From a virus (lineage: Duplodnaviria > Caudoviricetes), in IMG/VR virus record IMGVR_UViG_3300048856_000101, positions 1-45,284 of that record: a stretch of 45,284 nucleotides of DNA; one strand, written 5' to 3'. Shown here piece after piece: positions 28,182 through 36,611 of this stretch. The position numbers were made by a program, and so were the translations under genes. Every line of letters starts with the position of its first letter. Position 1 is the first letter of the stretch. The notes beneath the pieces were generated by a model. The model was not told the DNA's origin, made no database searches, and saw only the letters and a program-made list of their open reading frames with translations.

Positions 28182-28513
28182 GACCGCACCTCCCGAGCAG
28201 CAGCCAGTACCTCGAACTCCACAATCTCGGCGTCCTCGAACACCGGCTGCCCCTCCACGGACTGGTAGCGCCCCCCGATGCGGATTAGCGGACCCCACCA
28301 CCCAGGAAAGCGCGCCGCCACGTGCGCGCGGATCACTGTGTACTCCGCTGTGGGCAGAATCTCGGCTTCGGTCACCTCACGGGACGCCTGGTGCTCGGCG
28401 TGGGCGTCCCACCCACGGAGGAATTCTGAGCGGGGATCTCTACTCAAGTTCCGCTCGAACTCCTCGAACGCCTCGCGGCGTGCGGTCGATGCTCGTGCTT
28501 CCTCAGCGCTCAT
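28178..28513 (-). CDS. Hypothetical protein
   Basis: Starts in a boundary motif; FLRGWDA; ATGA coupling. Confidence 0.7.
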   Translation of the reverse strand: MSAEEARASTARREAFEEFERNLSRDPRSEFLRGWDAHAEHQASREVTEAEILPTAEYTVIRAHVAARFPGWWGPLIRIGGRYQSVEGQPVFEDAEIVEFEVLAAAREVRS

Positions 28514-28727
28514 CGGTCGGCTCCAGCGCCTTTGCGATCTTCCGAGCCACCTCGTCTGAGATGTCGTCGCCGTTCTCGTTCACAGCGTGGACGACACGCA
28601 CAAGCACGTCCGGCTCGCCCTGGTCGGCGTACTCACCGAGGGCGACGATGGTGTGCGGGGGAAGGGAAACGAGCGCATCGCCCGCTTCGATCTCGCGGCC
28701 CGGCTCATTGTGGATCACGGTCGACAT
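28503..28727 (-). CDS. Hypothetical protein
   Basis: 74-aa acidic ORF within the co-oriented string. Confidence 0.6.
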   Translation of the reverse strand: MSTVIHNEPGREIEAGDALVSLPPHTIVALGEYADQGEPDVLVRVVHAVNENGDDISDEVARKIAKALEPTDER

Positions 28728-28919
28728 TGGTCATGCTTCCTCTCGGTCGGTGACGCTGACGAGCAGCTTCGGGTTGTGCTTCTCGTGCATGGGTGAGGAA
28801 CCTTGCCTCGGTCTGGTCACGGTCCGCTCCGGTGAACACCTCGCGGCATGCTGAGCAGGTCCAGCTCCACATCAGCGGCTTCTGCTCTCAGCGCTCATCG
28901 GTCGGCCTCCCCGTCTTGC

Positions 28920-29087
28920 TCATGTCGCATTCTCGTTGCCGAGCCCGTCGTGCGACGGGCTGCCGCCCGCTTCCATGCACATCTGGTAGCGCTCGACCCA
29001 CGGCTCCGGCGGACGCTCGCCGCACCCGGTGACGCTCAGAGCGATGGCACACGCAGCGACCAGCATCCCGATCTTGTTGCGCCTCAT
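28920..29087 (-). CDS. Small lipoprotein (55 aa, not in ORF track)
   Basis: MRRNKIGMLVAACAIALSVTG-C lipobox; RBS GGAGGG. Confidence 0.7.
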   Translation of the reverse strand: MRRNKIGMLVAACAIALSVTGCGERPPEPWVERYQMCMEAGGSPSHDGLGNENAT

Positions 29088-29440
29088 CGGTCGCCCTCCA
29101 GTCCGTCGAGCGTGAGCTCGCCCTCCGGCGGTCGGAGACGCTCAACCTCCGCGATCAACGCCCGGATCACGTCGCGTTCGGAATAGATCGGGGTCGCCAC
29201 TTCATAGATCGGAATGTCCGTGTACCCCAGCAAGCCGGGAACTTCGCCGTATCCAACGAACTTGTCGGTTTCGGGGCTGTGCTCCGAGACGAAGTCCAGC
29301 AGTCTCGGCATGCTGAACTTGCCCTCCGGTACGACGGGGTTGTGTTCAAAATCCCGGTCGTACGCCGTGTCAAGAGCCTCTTTCAGGAGCGACAGGGTCG
29401 CGTCGTCCACGGGGAACGGCGGGAGTGTCTGCTCATTCAT
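29084..29440 (-). CDS. Hypothetical protein
   Basis: RBS AAGGAGG; ALIAEVERLR motif. Confidence 0.75.
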   Translation of the reverse strand: MNEQTLPPFPVDDATLSLLKEALDTAYDRDFEHNPVVPEGKFSMPRLLDFVSEHSPETDKFVGYGEVPGLLGYTDIPIYEVATPIYSERDVIRALIAEVERLRPPEGELTLDGLEGDR

Positions 29441-29961
29441 CGGTCGGCCTCCTTTCGGTACGGGTTCGTGGTAACGGGATACATCGATGGCATCCGGCCG
29501 TGAGTCTCTCCGGCGTCGTACCCCTCATCCCATGCCTTCGCGGCTGTCTCGCGGTCGTGTTCCGTCAGCCACCGGTCGAACTCGGCGCGGGCGAGCTTGG
29601 TTCGCCCCTTGTCGAGATACACGTATGCGTCGCGTATCTCGCCGGTAGCTGGCGTGTAGTGCTGGGAAGCACGGGCAAGTGCGCGCGACTGCACGTACTC
29701 GTATCGGGCGTCCTTCTCTGCCTGGCTCAACGTCTTGTTGCCGATGCCGCTGTTGTAAGAGTCAGCGAGTTCGGCGCGCTGGGCGCTAGTCATACCGTCG
29801 TTGCCAACCTCGGCCTGCGCTTCCTCTGCGAACGATCTCAAGCCTCGTTGAACGACCTCATACAGGCACCGCAGGTAATCGAAGCTCGCGACGTTCACCA
29901 GAATCCAGTTGGCGGCGCGGCGGGCGATTCGGTCTCGCAATAATTCAGGTTTGAGTGTCAT
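29437..29961 (-). CDS. Hypothetical protein
   Basis: RBS GAGGAG; AEFDRWL...AKAWDEGY..NPY motif. Confidence 0.75.
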   Translation of the reverse strand: MTLKPELLRDRIARRAANWILVNVASFDYLRCLYEVVQRGLRSFAEEAQAEVGNDGMTSAQRAELADSYNSGIGNKTLSQAEKDARYEYVQSRALARASQHYTPATGEIRDAYVYLDKGRTKLARAEFDRWLTEHDRETAAKAWDEGYDAGETHGRMPSMYPVTTNPYRKEADR

Positions 29962-30034
29962 CGGTCGGTCTCCTCTGTTGGCCGGTTCTGGTATATGAGC
30001 ATTCTAATGTCCTGTCCTTTCAGGGCAACAAGAA

Positions 30035-30059
30035 ACGGCACCCCGAGCCGGGATGCCGT
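30035..30059 (-). terminator. Intrinsic terminator, GCATCCC/GGGGTGC family
   Basis: ACGGCATCCC-GGCTC-GGGGTGCCGT followed by TTCTT. Confidence 0.7.
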
Positions 30060-30075
30060 GATGATGTGAAGTGGG

Positions 30076-30324
30076 TCAGCTTGCGGCTGGCAGCGCTCCG
30101 ATGTGTGCCGCGCTGTACCGGTGGAACCCGCTGTCCCGGCCGGGAACGTCCAGCCAGGGTTTGCCGAGCGCGTCGGATACGCCCTGTTCCCACGCTTTCG
30201 TGAGCTGCTCCGTGAGCCAGGCTTTGAACTCCGCCTCGTGCTCTCCCGCTGACGCGATGAACGCGTTCCGCAATGCGCGCACGTACGCGTCGCGGACTTG
30301 CTCCGTCGTTGGAGTGAACGTCAT
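30076..30324 (-). CDS. Hypothetical protein related to the C-terminal half of 29437-29961
   Basis: FTPTTEQVRDAYV..AEFKAWL..KAWEQG versus YTPATGEIRDAYV..AEFDRWL..KAWDEG. Confidence 0.72.
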   Translation of the reverse strand: MTFTPTTEQVRDAYVRALRNAFIASAGEHEAEFKAWLTEQLTKAWEQGVSDALGKPWLDVPGRDSGFHRYSAAHIGALPAAS

Positions 30325-30364
30325 GATCGTGACCTTTCCATCACGCACAGCGAAACGGACCACT

Positions 30365-31534
30365 TCATGCGGGAACCCACGGGAATTCCGCCAGCTTCCA
30401 GTTGCCGCGGCGCAGGGTTTCGGGCCAGTCGCGTTGCTCGCGTTGACCACGCCATGCCACGAACTCGTACTCGTCGTCCGTCATGGACGGCCGAATCCCG
30501 AATCCGAACTCGGGCCAGCCCATGAGGGCGCTGGACCCGCGCGGACGGACGCCCCGGTCACCGGTCGAGTCCGTTGCGTGCCCGGCGTGGGCTTCCATCA
30601 CGAGCGCGACGTTCCGGTCTCGAATCGCGTCCAACGCCGCGATCACGGGGGCTACTTCGTCGTCGGAGTTGAGTTTCATCGCGATCCGGTACAGCGGGCC
30701 GATGAACACGATCTGCGGGTCGTGCCGGTCGATGAGCCGGTGGATTTGACCTTGCGTACGGGGATCGAGGATGTCGACCCGGCCGCTGATCGCCATGTAC
30801 GTCCGCTCCGCCGGGTCATGCCCCCCTTGCAATTGCGCCTGATGGGCGAGATACCCGCTGTTGCGCTTCCACTGCTTCGCGGTGTTTTCAGCGTCGATCA
30901 CGAGCGCCCGGATCGGTTCGATTCGTTCGAACGTGAACGGGTGCAACCCGGCCGCGGGCAGCAGGATCAGCTGCCTGGCCATCATCGATTTGCCCATGCC
31001 CTCGTACCCGGTGAGGATCAACCGGTCCTTCCGCTCCATCAGGTTCGGGATCACCCAGTCGTACGACTCCTCCATCGCGAGAATCTCCCGCAACGACACC
31101 GCCTCCAGCCCGGCAGTGTGAGTGTCGCGGGCTTGCACTTTCCGGACCGTCTCCGCGAGGACCTGATCCGGGTCCACGCCCGTGTCACCCAGCTGGATCA
31201 ACCCGGCAGTGAGCGCTTCACGACCAAACCGGCGGGCGGCAGCTTTCGCGACCTGCTTCGCCAACACTGGCGCCTGGTAGAACGCGAACCCGGCCGCTTC
31301 GCCCCACACCCACGGCGCAGCAGCATCAATCCCGCGGACTTCCCAGTCCGGGAAGAACCCAACAACCGAAACCTTGTCGACCGCGCCACCGGACGCGAGG
31401 ACCCGGCCGATGCCCTGCCACACCGCCCCAAGGCGCCCGTCCTCGAAATCCGACTCCGCAACATGCCGGGACGCATCCCAGTACGTGTTGTTGTCCCCGA
31501 GGACGCAGCCGAGGAGCGCCTGCTCGACGTTCAT
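30365..31534 (-). CDS. DnaB-like replicative helicase
   Basis: EQALLGCVL DnaB N-terminal motif, Walker A GYEGMGKS, IDAEN, PRGSSAL. Confidence 0.9.
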   Translation of the reverse strand: MNVEQALLGCVLGDNNTYWDASRHVAESDFEDGRLGAVWQGIGRVLASGGAVDKVSVVGFFPDWEVRGIDAAAPWVWGEAAGFAFYQAPVLAKQVAKAAARRFGREALTAGLIQLGDTGVDPDQVLAETVRKVQARDTHTAGLEAVSLREILAMEESYDWVIPNLMERKDRLILTGYEGMGKSMMARQLILLPAAGLHPFTFERIEPIRALVIDAENTAKQWKRNSGYLAHQAQLQGGHDPAERTYMAISGRVDILDPRTQGQIHRLIDRHDPQIVFIGPLYRIAMKLNSDDEVAPVIAALDAIRDRNVALVMEAHAGHATDSTGDRGVRPRGSSALMGWPEFGFGIRPSMTDDEYEFVAWRGQREQRDWPETLRRGNWKLAEFPWVPA

Positions 31535-32367
31535 CGCCGCAACGCCCAATCGCGTGAACCCCCGGCACCCTTCGGCCGGGCTTTCTTCAACCACGTCGTG
31601 AACGCCGCGTTCCACCGAGCGGCATGCCGGTCATGCGTCTCGGCATGCAACCGGAACGCCTCGACCTCCCGCGCAACATCCAGACCGCGTTCCCGAGCGA
31701 GATCGAAATGCGCCTTCGACGGCACCCAGTCCTTCGGCAGGCGATGCTCTTTCAGCTTCGCGTCGCCAGAAGGAAGCGAAGCTTCCGTAGATGTATAAGT
31801 AGCTGTAGAAGTAGAGGGACCCATAACCGATGGGTCAGCTTGACCCTCAACCGATGGGTCAACCGATGGGTTGACCGATGGGTCAACCGATGGGTGCTTT
31901 ACGTTCAAAGTGGGGCTATTCAGTAGGGTCCTCAGCTTGTCCTCGGCCTTCCAAGCGGGCCACTCTGGATGCTCGTCCCGGAGACGCTGTACTTCGAACG
32001 CGATCACTGCGCGCAGGCGGCGCGACGCCACGCCCGCCCAGTCATTCGCCATCGTGATTGCGAGATTTGGTTGTTTGAGAACGCCGTCATGCTTCACGTA
32101 AGACCGCACGAGGACCTCCTCTGTTTCCTCATCGATCACCGTGAAGAACCGATCAGTGAGCACCGAGGCGGCCGCCCGGACTTCTGCCGCAGTTGTACCC
32201 GAGGCCATCTGGGCCAGTCGTCCAGGCCGCCAATCACACACGCCAGCGCGATTGGTCTCAGGGTGCGTGAGCAATAGCTCATAAAGCCACTGCGCGTCGC
32301 GAGGCAGGGCGCGCCAGTCAGTATCGCCCCACATGTCGATGCGAAGATTCGCATGCTCACGAGCCAT
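31531..32367 (-). CDS. Phage replication initiator
   Basis: DTDWRALP.DAQWLYELLL...AGVCDW N-terminus; LPKDWVP...WNAAFTTW C-terminus; upstream of helicase. Confidence 0.85.
   Translation of the reverse strand: MAREHANLRIDMWGDTDWRALPRDAQWLYELLLTHPETNRAGVCDWRPGRLAQMASGTTAAEVRAAASVLTDRFFTVIDEETEEVLVRSYVKHDGVLKQPNLAITMANDWAGVASRRLRAVIAFEVQRLRDEHPEWPAWKAEDKLRTLLNSPTLNVKHPSVDPSVNPSVDPSVEGQADPSVMGPSTSTATYTSTEASLPSGDAKLKEHRLPKDWVPSKAHFDLARERGLDVAREVEAFRLHAETHDRHAARWNAAFTTWLKKARPKGAGGSRDWALRR
31826..31895. repeat. Iteron-like repeats ACCGATGGGT x5 (probable origin)
   Basis: Copies start at 31826, 31850, 31862, 31874, 31886 (12-bp period), next to an AT-richer tract at about 31788-31815. Confidence 0.85.
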
Positions 32368-32517
32368 TCATGCCACCGCCTGCCATAGCTGCTCAACCCT
32401 TCTTGCTTCGATCCGACACGGCATACAGAACACCGTCTGCTCCCCTGCCCAGCGACCGCAGAGTGGGCAGTCGCCGGAGGTGAGGAAGAACGGCTCAGAA
32501 CGGCACCGATTGTTCAT
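32368..32517 (-). CDS. Small Zn-finger protein (49 aa, not in ORF track)
   Basis: CPLC...CMPC; fills the gap and abuts the initiator ATG. Confidence 0.5.
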   Translation of the reverse strand: MNNRCRSEPFFLTSGDCPLCGRWAGEQTVFCMPCRIEARRVEQLWQAVA

Positions 32518-32866
32518 CGACTCGTCTCCCGTCTGTTGTGAGGAACCACACGGCCCCGTCGGGATACTCGACCGGGGTGTATTGGCAGAGGACGAGGGTC
32601 TGAGCGTTCGTCGCGGCCTTCTGCACTTTCACACCCCGCCGGATGAGTTCCTCGCGCTCCTGGCCGGAGCTGTCCTCTTTCAGCCCGTTACAGATCCCAC
32701 ACGCCGCAATCAGTGCTCGCGGGTCGTTGAGGACCTTGGAGCCGCCATTGCCCCGGTTCGCCCGGTGGTCCGCCGTGGACGCTTCACCAAGGCACTGGTC
32801 GCCGGCGATGACGCACTGGTAGCCGTCCCGCTTCAACACGACGCGGACGACCGCCATGGGAATCAC
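32495..32866 (-). CDS. HNH-like endonuclease
   Basis: VLKRDGYQC...C...DHRANRG.GGS...CGICN. Confidence 0.8.
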   Translation of the reverse strand: MIPMAVVRVVLKRDGYQCVIAGDQCLGEASTADHRANRGNGGSKVLNDPRALIAACGICNGLKEDSSGQEREELIRRGVKVQKAATNAQTLVLCQYTPVEYPDGAVWFLTTDGRRVDEQSVPF

Positions 32867-33324
32867 CCGGCTTCCTTGATGACGGCCACGCCATGCGCGC
32901 GCAGCTGCAGATACTCTCGGTCGCGCTCCACGGTCTTGGCTGCGCAGTGCAGACGGTCCGCGATTTGCCGGTCAAACAGTCCTTGAGCGTGCAGGCGGCG
33001 AACCGCTTCGTGACGTTCCACGGTCGTCAGCAGAGCCGGCTCGCCACCCATCGCGATGAGAATCGCGGTCTCGTCCAGCTCCTCAGACTCGCTGTCCTCG
33101 GAGAGGTCGGTGACGGCTCCGACGTGAAGGGTCCGAGTGCCCCCGGCCCAGATCCCGTGCTTCACACCCAAACGGTCGGCGAACATGGCGCACGTCGACA
33201 CGACAGGGCATCCAGTGCAGACATCCTTCGCCCACTGCTTCTCTTCCGGGTCGTCGGAAAAGAAAAGCTCCGGGTCTACACCCGGAGCTACACAGTTCGC
33301 TTTCGACATCCATGGCTCAAACAT
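32863..33324 (-). CDS. WhiB-family regulator fused to a C-terminal HTH
   Basis: C...DPELFF...AKDVCTGCPVVSTC...GIWAG; then GLFDRQIADRLHCAAKTVER. Confidence 0.9.
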   Translation of the reverse strand: MFEPWMSKANCVAPGVDPELFFSDDPEEKQWAKDVCTGCPVVSTCAMFADRLGVKHGIWAGGTRTLHVGAVTDLSEDSESEELDETAILIAMGGEPALLTTVERHEAVRRLHAQGLFDRQIADRLHCAAKTVERDREYLQLRAHGVAVIKEAG

Positions 33325-33529
33325 CGAACACCAGCCTCGACATCTGCGCCCCGACCTCATCGACCGCTGGGGCGCACGTGAAGTAGCCAGGCACCAGGTC
33401 CCCGTGCACGTTGAGACGGTCAGCAACCCAGTGCGGACCAACCCCGCCGCACTCCAAGCAACGCCTGGACGGCAGCCCTGCTGCGACGCGCTTCGCGTCC
33501 GCGATCTCACGCTTGGTTGGCTTCCTCAT
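33317..33529 (-). CDS. Hypothetical Zn-binding protein
   Basis: CLECGGVGPH...C; RBS GGAGG. Confidence 0.65.
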   Translation of the reverse strand: MRKPTKREIADAKRVAAGLPSRRCLECGGVGPHWVADRLNVHGDLVPGYFTCAPAVDEVGAQMSRLVFDV

Positions 33530-33947
33530 CAGTACTCACCTCCGAGTCATCTGGTTCTCTACTCAGGACCTCCTCATGTGAGGCGATTCCCCTGTTCGTA
33601 TCCGCCGCCAGAGCTGCGACGATCGCGCGCCCCCACGCCGCGGTCTCCGCGTTCTGCACCTCGGAATCACGCGTGTACTGCGTCTTGCCCGGAATGGGCT
33701 CCCACGCCGTACCAATCCCCGGCCGCGCATCATCCGGGGTGCGGTACGCCGCGGCCGTGTAGACGACGAAATCGCGGCCGCCCACGCTCACGAACTCCAA
33801 ATGCACCTGTTGCAGCGATCCTTCGGGGTGCTTCTCGCGAAACTCAGCGATGCGCTGCGGGACGGTGACATAGTTCTCATCCAGCGGTGTGGGCTTCCGA
33901 CGTCGACGCTGCTGGCGCGGCTTCGGAAGCTCAATGTCGCCGCTCAT
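33507..33947 (-). CDS. Sak/Rad52-like ssDNA-annealing protein
   Basis: YVTVPQRI..F...NAETAAWGRAI...IAS.EEV; coupled to the exonuclease. Confidence 0.7.
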   Translation of the reverse strand: MSGDIELPKPRQQRRRRKPTPLDENYVTVPQRIAEFREKHPEGSLQQVHLEFVSVGGRDFVVYTAAAYRTPDDARPGIGTAWEPIPGKTQYTRDSEVQNAETAAWGRAIVAALAADTNRGIASHEEVLSREPDDSEVSTDEEANQA

Positions 33948-34798
33948 GCCGTCGCCTCCAGTGAGTCGTCGATCAGGTAGTAGTACGGGACATCGGCGGT
34001 CTCGACCTTCGGCGAATAGCCGGGCCAATCGCCGGTCGCCAGACACTCGGCGTAGATGTTGCGCGCGTCGCGTGCCCGTTTCCGCCCGTCGTCGGCGGCT
34101 TGCTCAGGTAGCGTGTAGACGCCGACGAGGTATGGCGGCTCTTTCTCCACGACGACGAAGAGGAACTCCGCGAGGTCGTGCCCGCCTATGAACTTGTTGA
34201 CGTCGAGATACCAGCCTCGCTGGACGTGATACTTGTGCTTGCCGACCGCGGTGCCGAATCCGCGAGGTGAGGCGTCGATGGCGGATTTCAGGTCGAGCGC
34301 GAGCGGCCGTGGGCCGTCGTCGGGGTAGAAGTCGAATCGTGCTCTCACTTGGATACCCGTGGCTGGGTCGGTACCGAAGAGTGACGCTTCCCGGTGTCCG
34401 GACTGCTCAAGCAAGACCCGTGCGGAGGGGTGGGCCAGCACCGACTCGGCCATTTCGTCGAGCGACTTCATGGTTTCCGGCGTGACGGGGGTGAGGCCCT
34501 GCGCACGCTGCTGAGCCGCCCACTCCACGGTCGCCGCCTTCGTCGACACGTATCCCGACGGTGTGAGGTGCTCGGGCGGGTACGCGACCGCTTTCGCGCC
34601 AGTGCCGAGGATCTTGGTGTGCACCGCAGTACCGACATCGAGGGTGGTCTTTGCTGGCTCAGGCCGGTTCCACTTGTCTCGCGCCTTCCGAGGGGCCAGC
34701 GTCAGCAGGTCCCGAGCTTTCGAAGACGACAACGCCGAATGGGCGTGGTAGAGCCGCTCATCGAGGTCGAGAACGATTCCGTTGAACTCCTCAGTCAC
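33944..34798 (-). CDS. RecE/exonuclease VIII-like PD-(D/E)XK nuclease
   Basis: YHA..ALSSS, GTAVH, RARFD, DLKS, YHVQ..WY, VVVEKEPPY. Confidence 0.9.
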   Translation of the reverse strand: MTEEFNGIVLDLDERLYHAHSALSSSKARDLLTLAPRKARDKWNRPEPAKTTLDVGTAVHTKILGTGAKAVAYPPEHLTPSGYVSTKAATVEWAAQQRAQGLTPVTPETMKSLDEMAESVLAHPSARVLLEQSGHREASLFGTDPATGIQVRARFDFYPDDGPRPLALDLKSAIDASPRGFGTAVGKHKYHVQRGWYLDVNKFIGGHDLAEFLFVVVEKEPPYLVGVYTLPEQAADDGRKRARDARNIYAECLATGDWPGYSPKVETADVPYYYLIDDSLEATA

Positions 34799-34961
34799 GG
34801 TTCACCACCCAGCAGGTAAACGAAACGGCCCCGCCGATGACGACGAGGCCGATAAGAACGCCGGGCCACCAGAGATGCCCAGCCGAGAGGAGGGTTATGA
34901 GCAACCCGAGGACCGCTATACCGCAGACGAACAGGTCGGCGCGGGTAACGTGATCGGTCAC
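34791..34961 (-). CDS. Small two-TM membrane protein (56 aa, not in ORF track)
   Basis: VTDHVTRADLFVCGIAVLGLLITLL...GVLIGLVVIGGAVSF; GTGA overlap. Confidence 0.6.
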   Translation of the reverse strand: MTDHVTRADLFVCGIAVLGLLITLLSAGHLWWPGVLIGLVVIGGAVSFTCWVVNRD

Positions 34962-35146
34962 GACGGTTCACCGCCCGCAGCAACGAGCTCCCGTTCGATG
35001 GTGTCAATTTCAGCCCACACTTGGATGAGTGCTACGGTGTCACGTCCCCAAGCATCCAGGTGGTAGTCGCGGGATTCGACCAGGTTGGTCTCGGATTGCT
35101 TGAAGTAGGCGAGGTCTTCCCGCAGCTCTTCAATCGTCTTGGTCAC
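34958..35146 (-). CDS. Hypothetical protein
   Basis: RBS GGAGG; coupled downstream. Confidence 0.68.
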   Translation of the reverse strand: MTKTIEELREDLAYFKQSETNLVESRDYHLDAWGRDTVALIQVWAEIDTIERELVAAGGEPS

Positions 35147-35303
35147 TAGGTACCTCCAAGTGCTCTGCCCCGCAGGCGGGGCACGTCCAAATAGATGTCA
35201 TGTCGCTGTAGTCGTCACAGCTTTGGGTTGCGCCGGCCCACCCACACGGACACTCAGCGTCGTAGTCGCTCCACGCCCGGCGCTCACCGGATGTCGCCGC
35301 CAT
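35130..35303 (-). CDS. Small Zn-ribbon protein (57 aa, not in ORF track)
   Basis: ECPCGW...WTCPACGAEH; RBS GAGG. Confidence 0.65.
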   Translation of the reverse strand: MAATSGERRAWSDYDAECPCGWAGATQSCDDYSDMTSIWTCPACGAEHLEVPSDQDD

Positions 35304-35412
35304 CAGAACCTCAACCGCGCACGTTCACCGAGCCACACGCGTCGAGTTCGTTCTGGTTTCCACGGTCACGCTCATTTGCGGTCCGCTCCTTTACATATCG
35401 AAAGTGATGAGG

Positions 35413-35443
35413 AAGGCCCCCGACTCGATGAGTCGGGGGCCTT
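35413..35443. terminator. Bidirectional terminator-like hairpin
   Basis: AAGGCCCCCGACTC-GAT-GAGTCGGGGGCCTT. Confidence 0.75.
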
Positions 35444-35506
35444 TGATGAATGAGATGCCTAGATTTCCTAGAGGTTGTTCGGTTTAATCGCCGTGGGTTG
35501 GTGGGC

Positions 35507-35815
35507 CTACTGAGAGGAACCACCTTGGCGCTTACGCAGAAGCTCATCTACGGCGGTCACGAGATCCGGCTCCGAAATGATGCGGACATCCCGGCCATCC
35601 GCGAACGCATCGAGGACGCACTGAATGGCGATCAGCCGCGATGGATCGAGATCCAAACTGATCGTGGCTCGGAATGGCTCCTGGCCACCGAGTCCATACC
35701 AATCCGCTTTGACATCGGTGACCACCGTCCCCCGGTGCGCATCCGCTGAGGGGAACACGGTCACATCACCGGACCCGACCTGCGAGCCTGGGGTCTCCTG
35801 TGCAGTACTCATCAT
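35507..35815 (-). CDS. Antisense-overlapping hypothetical ORF
   Basis: RBS GAAAGGA at 35822-35828, co-oriented with the early operon, but in codon register with the + gene. Confidence 0.4.
   Translation of the reverse strand: MMSTAQETPGSQVGSGDVTVFPSADAHRGTVVTDVKADWYGLGGQEPFRATISLDLDPSRLIAIQCVLDAFADGRDVRIISEPDLVTAVDELLRKRQGGSSQ
35525..35749 (+). CDS. Hypothetical counter-oriented protein (74 aa)
   Basis: TTG start after GAGAGGA; KLIYGG...IEDAL...WIEI...LLAT.SIPI looks globular. Confidence 0.65.
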   Translation: MALTQKLIYGGHEIRLRNDADIPAIRERIEDALNGDQPRWIEIQTDRGSEWLLATESIPIRFDIGDHRPPVRIR

Positions 35816-35864
35816 GTTCATTCCTTTCATTTCGGCTGATCAGGTTGGGATCGGAGCGCGCCAT

Positions 35865-36479
35865 ATGGAGACACAACTACTGAGTGAGTGGACCGGGATC
35901 TCCGTCGCGGGCATCATCGGCCTCGTCGGATTGGTGGTCGCGTGCATCGCGAATAGCCGTGCGAAGAAGGCCAACCAACTCGCTGAGCACGCGAACCGCA
36001 TTGCTTTGGATGCTGTCGGGCAAGCGCGCGAAGCAAGCCACATTGCCGAACACTCGAACAGCCTCGGTGAGGAGGCGAACGCCATCCTGAAGAGACAGGC
36101 ACGGCAGCAAACCGAACCATCCCATGTCGATTGGGATGCCCAGTTCGATGATCGAACCAGGGCCATCCGGCTCACCAATACGGGCCCCGACGCCGCTTTC
36201 GATGCCGAGGTCGGTGTCTGTGTCCGCGACAACGGAAAGGTAGTCAACGATCTGATACGCGGGGATCACCGACTCCTCCGTCTCGGCGAAATCCTTATCC
36301 CGCTGCCGGAGGTGACGGATGACGGGCGGGACAAGAAACTGAAGATCGCTAACAGCAAGCGGCACGACCGATCCCAGCGCGGCCGAACCCTGTTCGGCTC
36401 GTCCATCGTCCTCGAAATCCGGTGGGTCAGCGAGGCCGGGAATCCAGGCCAGCAAACGATCGAGCGTCTCCTCAGCTAA
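35865..36479 (+). CDS. Counter-oriented membrane protein (TM, coiled coil, beta domain)
   Basis: ISVAGIIGLVGLVVACIA TM; ANQLAEHANRIA..AN repeats; RLTNTGPDAAFD; RBS GGAG. Confidence 0.8.
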   Translation: METQLLSEWTGISVAGIIGLVGLVVACIANSRAKKANQLAEHANRIALDAVGQAREASHIAEHSNSLGEEANAILKRQARQQTEPSHVDWDAQFDDRTRAIRLTNTGPDAAFDAEVGVCVRDNGKVVNDLIRGDHRLLRLGEILIPLPEVTDDGRDKKLKIANSKRHDRSQRGRTLFGSSIVLEIRWVSEAGNPGQQTIERLLS

Positions 36480-36506
36480 CTGGATGTCAAACAGCTTGCT
36501 TGACAT
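35877..36506 (-). CDS. Antisense-overlapping hypothetical ORF (209 aa)
   Basis: AGGAGG at 36515-36520, 8 nt from ATG, but in codon register with the + gene. Confidence 0.35.
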   Translation of the reverse strand: MSSKLFDIQLAEETLDRLLAWIPGLADPPDFEDDGRAEQGSAALGSVVPLAVSDLQFLVPPVIRHLRQRDKDFAETEESVIPAYQIVDYLSVVADTDTDLGIESGVGARIGEPDGPGSIIELGIPIDMGWFGLLPCLSLQDGVRLLTEAVRVFGNVACFARLPDSIQSNAVRVLSELVGLLRTAIRDARDHQSDEADDARDGDPGPLTQ

Positions 36507-36531
36507 GACATCAACCTCCTGGTTGTGAAAA

Positions 36532-36559
36532 GGCGCACCCCAGCGCTTGGGGATGCGCC
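36532..36559 (-). terminator. Intrinsic terminator, GCATCCC/GGGGTGC family
   Basis: GGCGCATCCCC-AAGCGCT-GGGGTGCGCC followed by TTTT. Confidence 0.75.
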
Positions 36560-36611
36560 GCGAGAAACGTGCTGAATCGGGCAAGGGTGTGGACTCCCAT
36601 CCCAGGGATAC

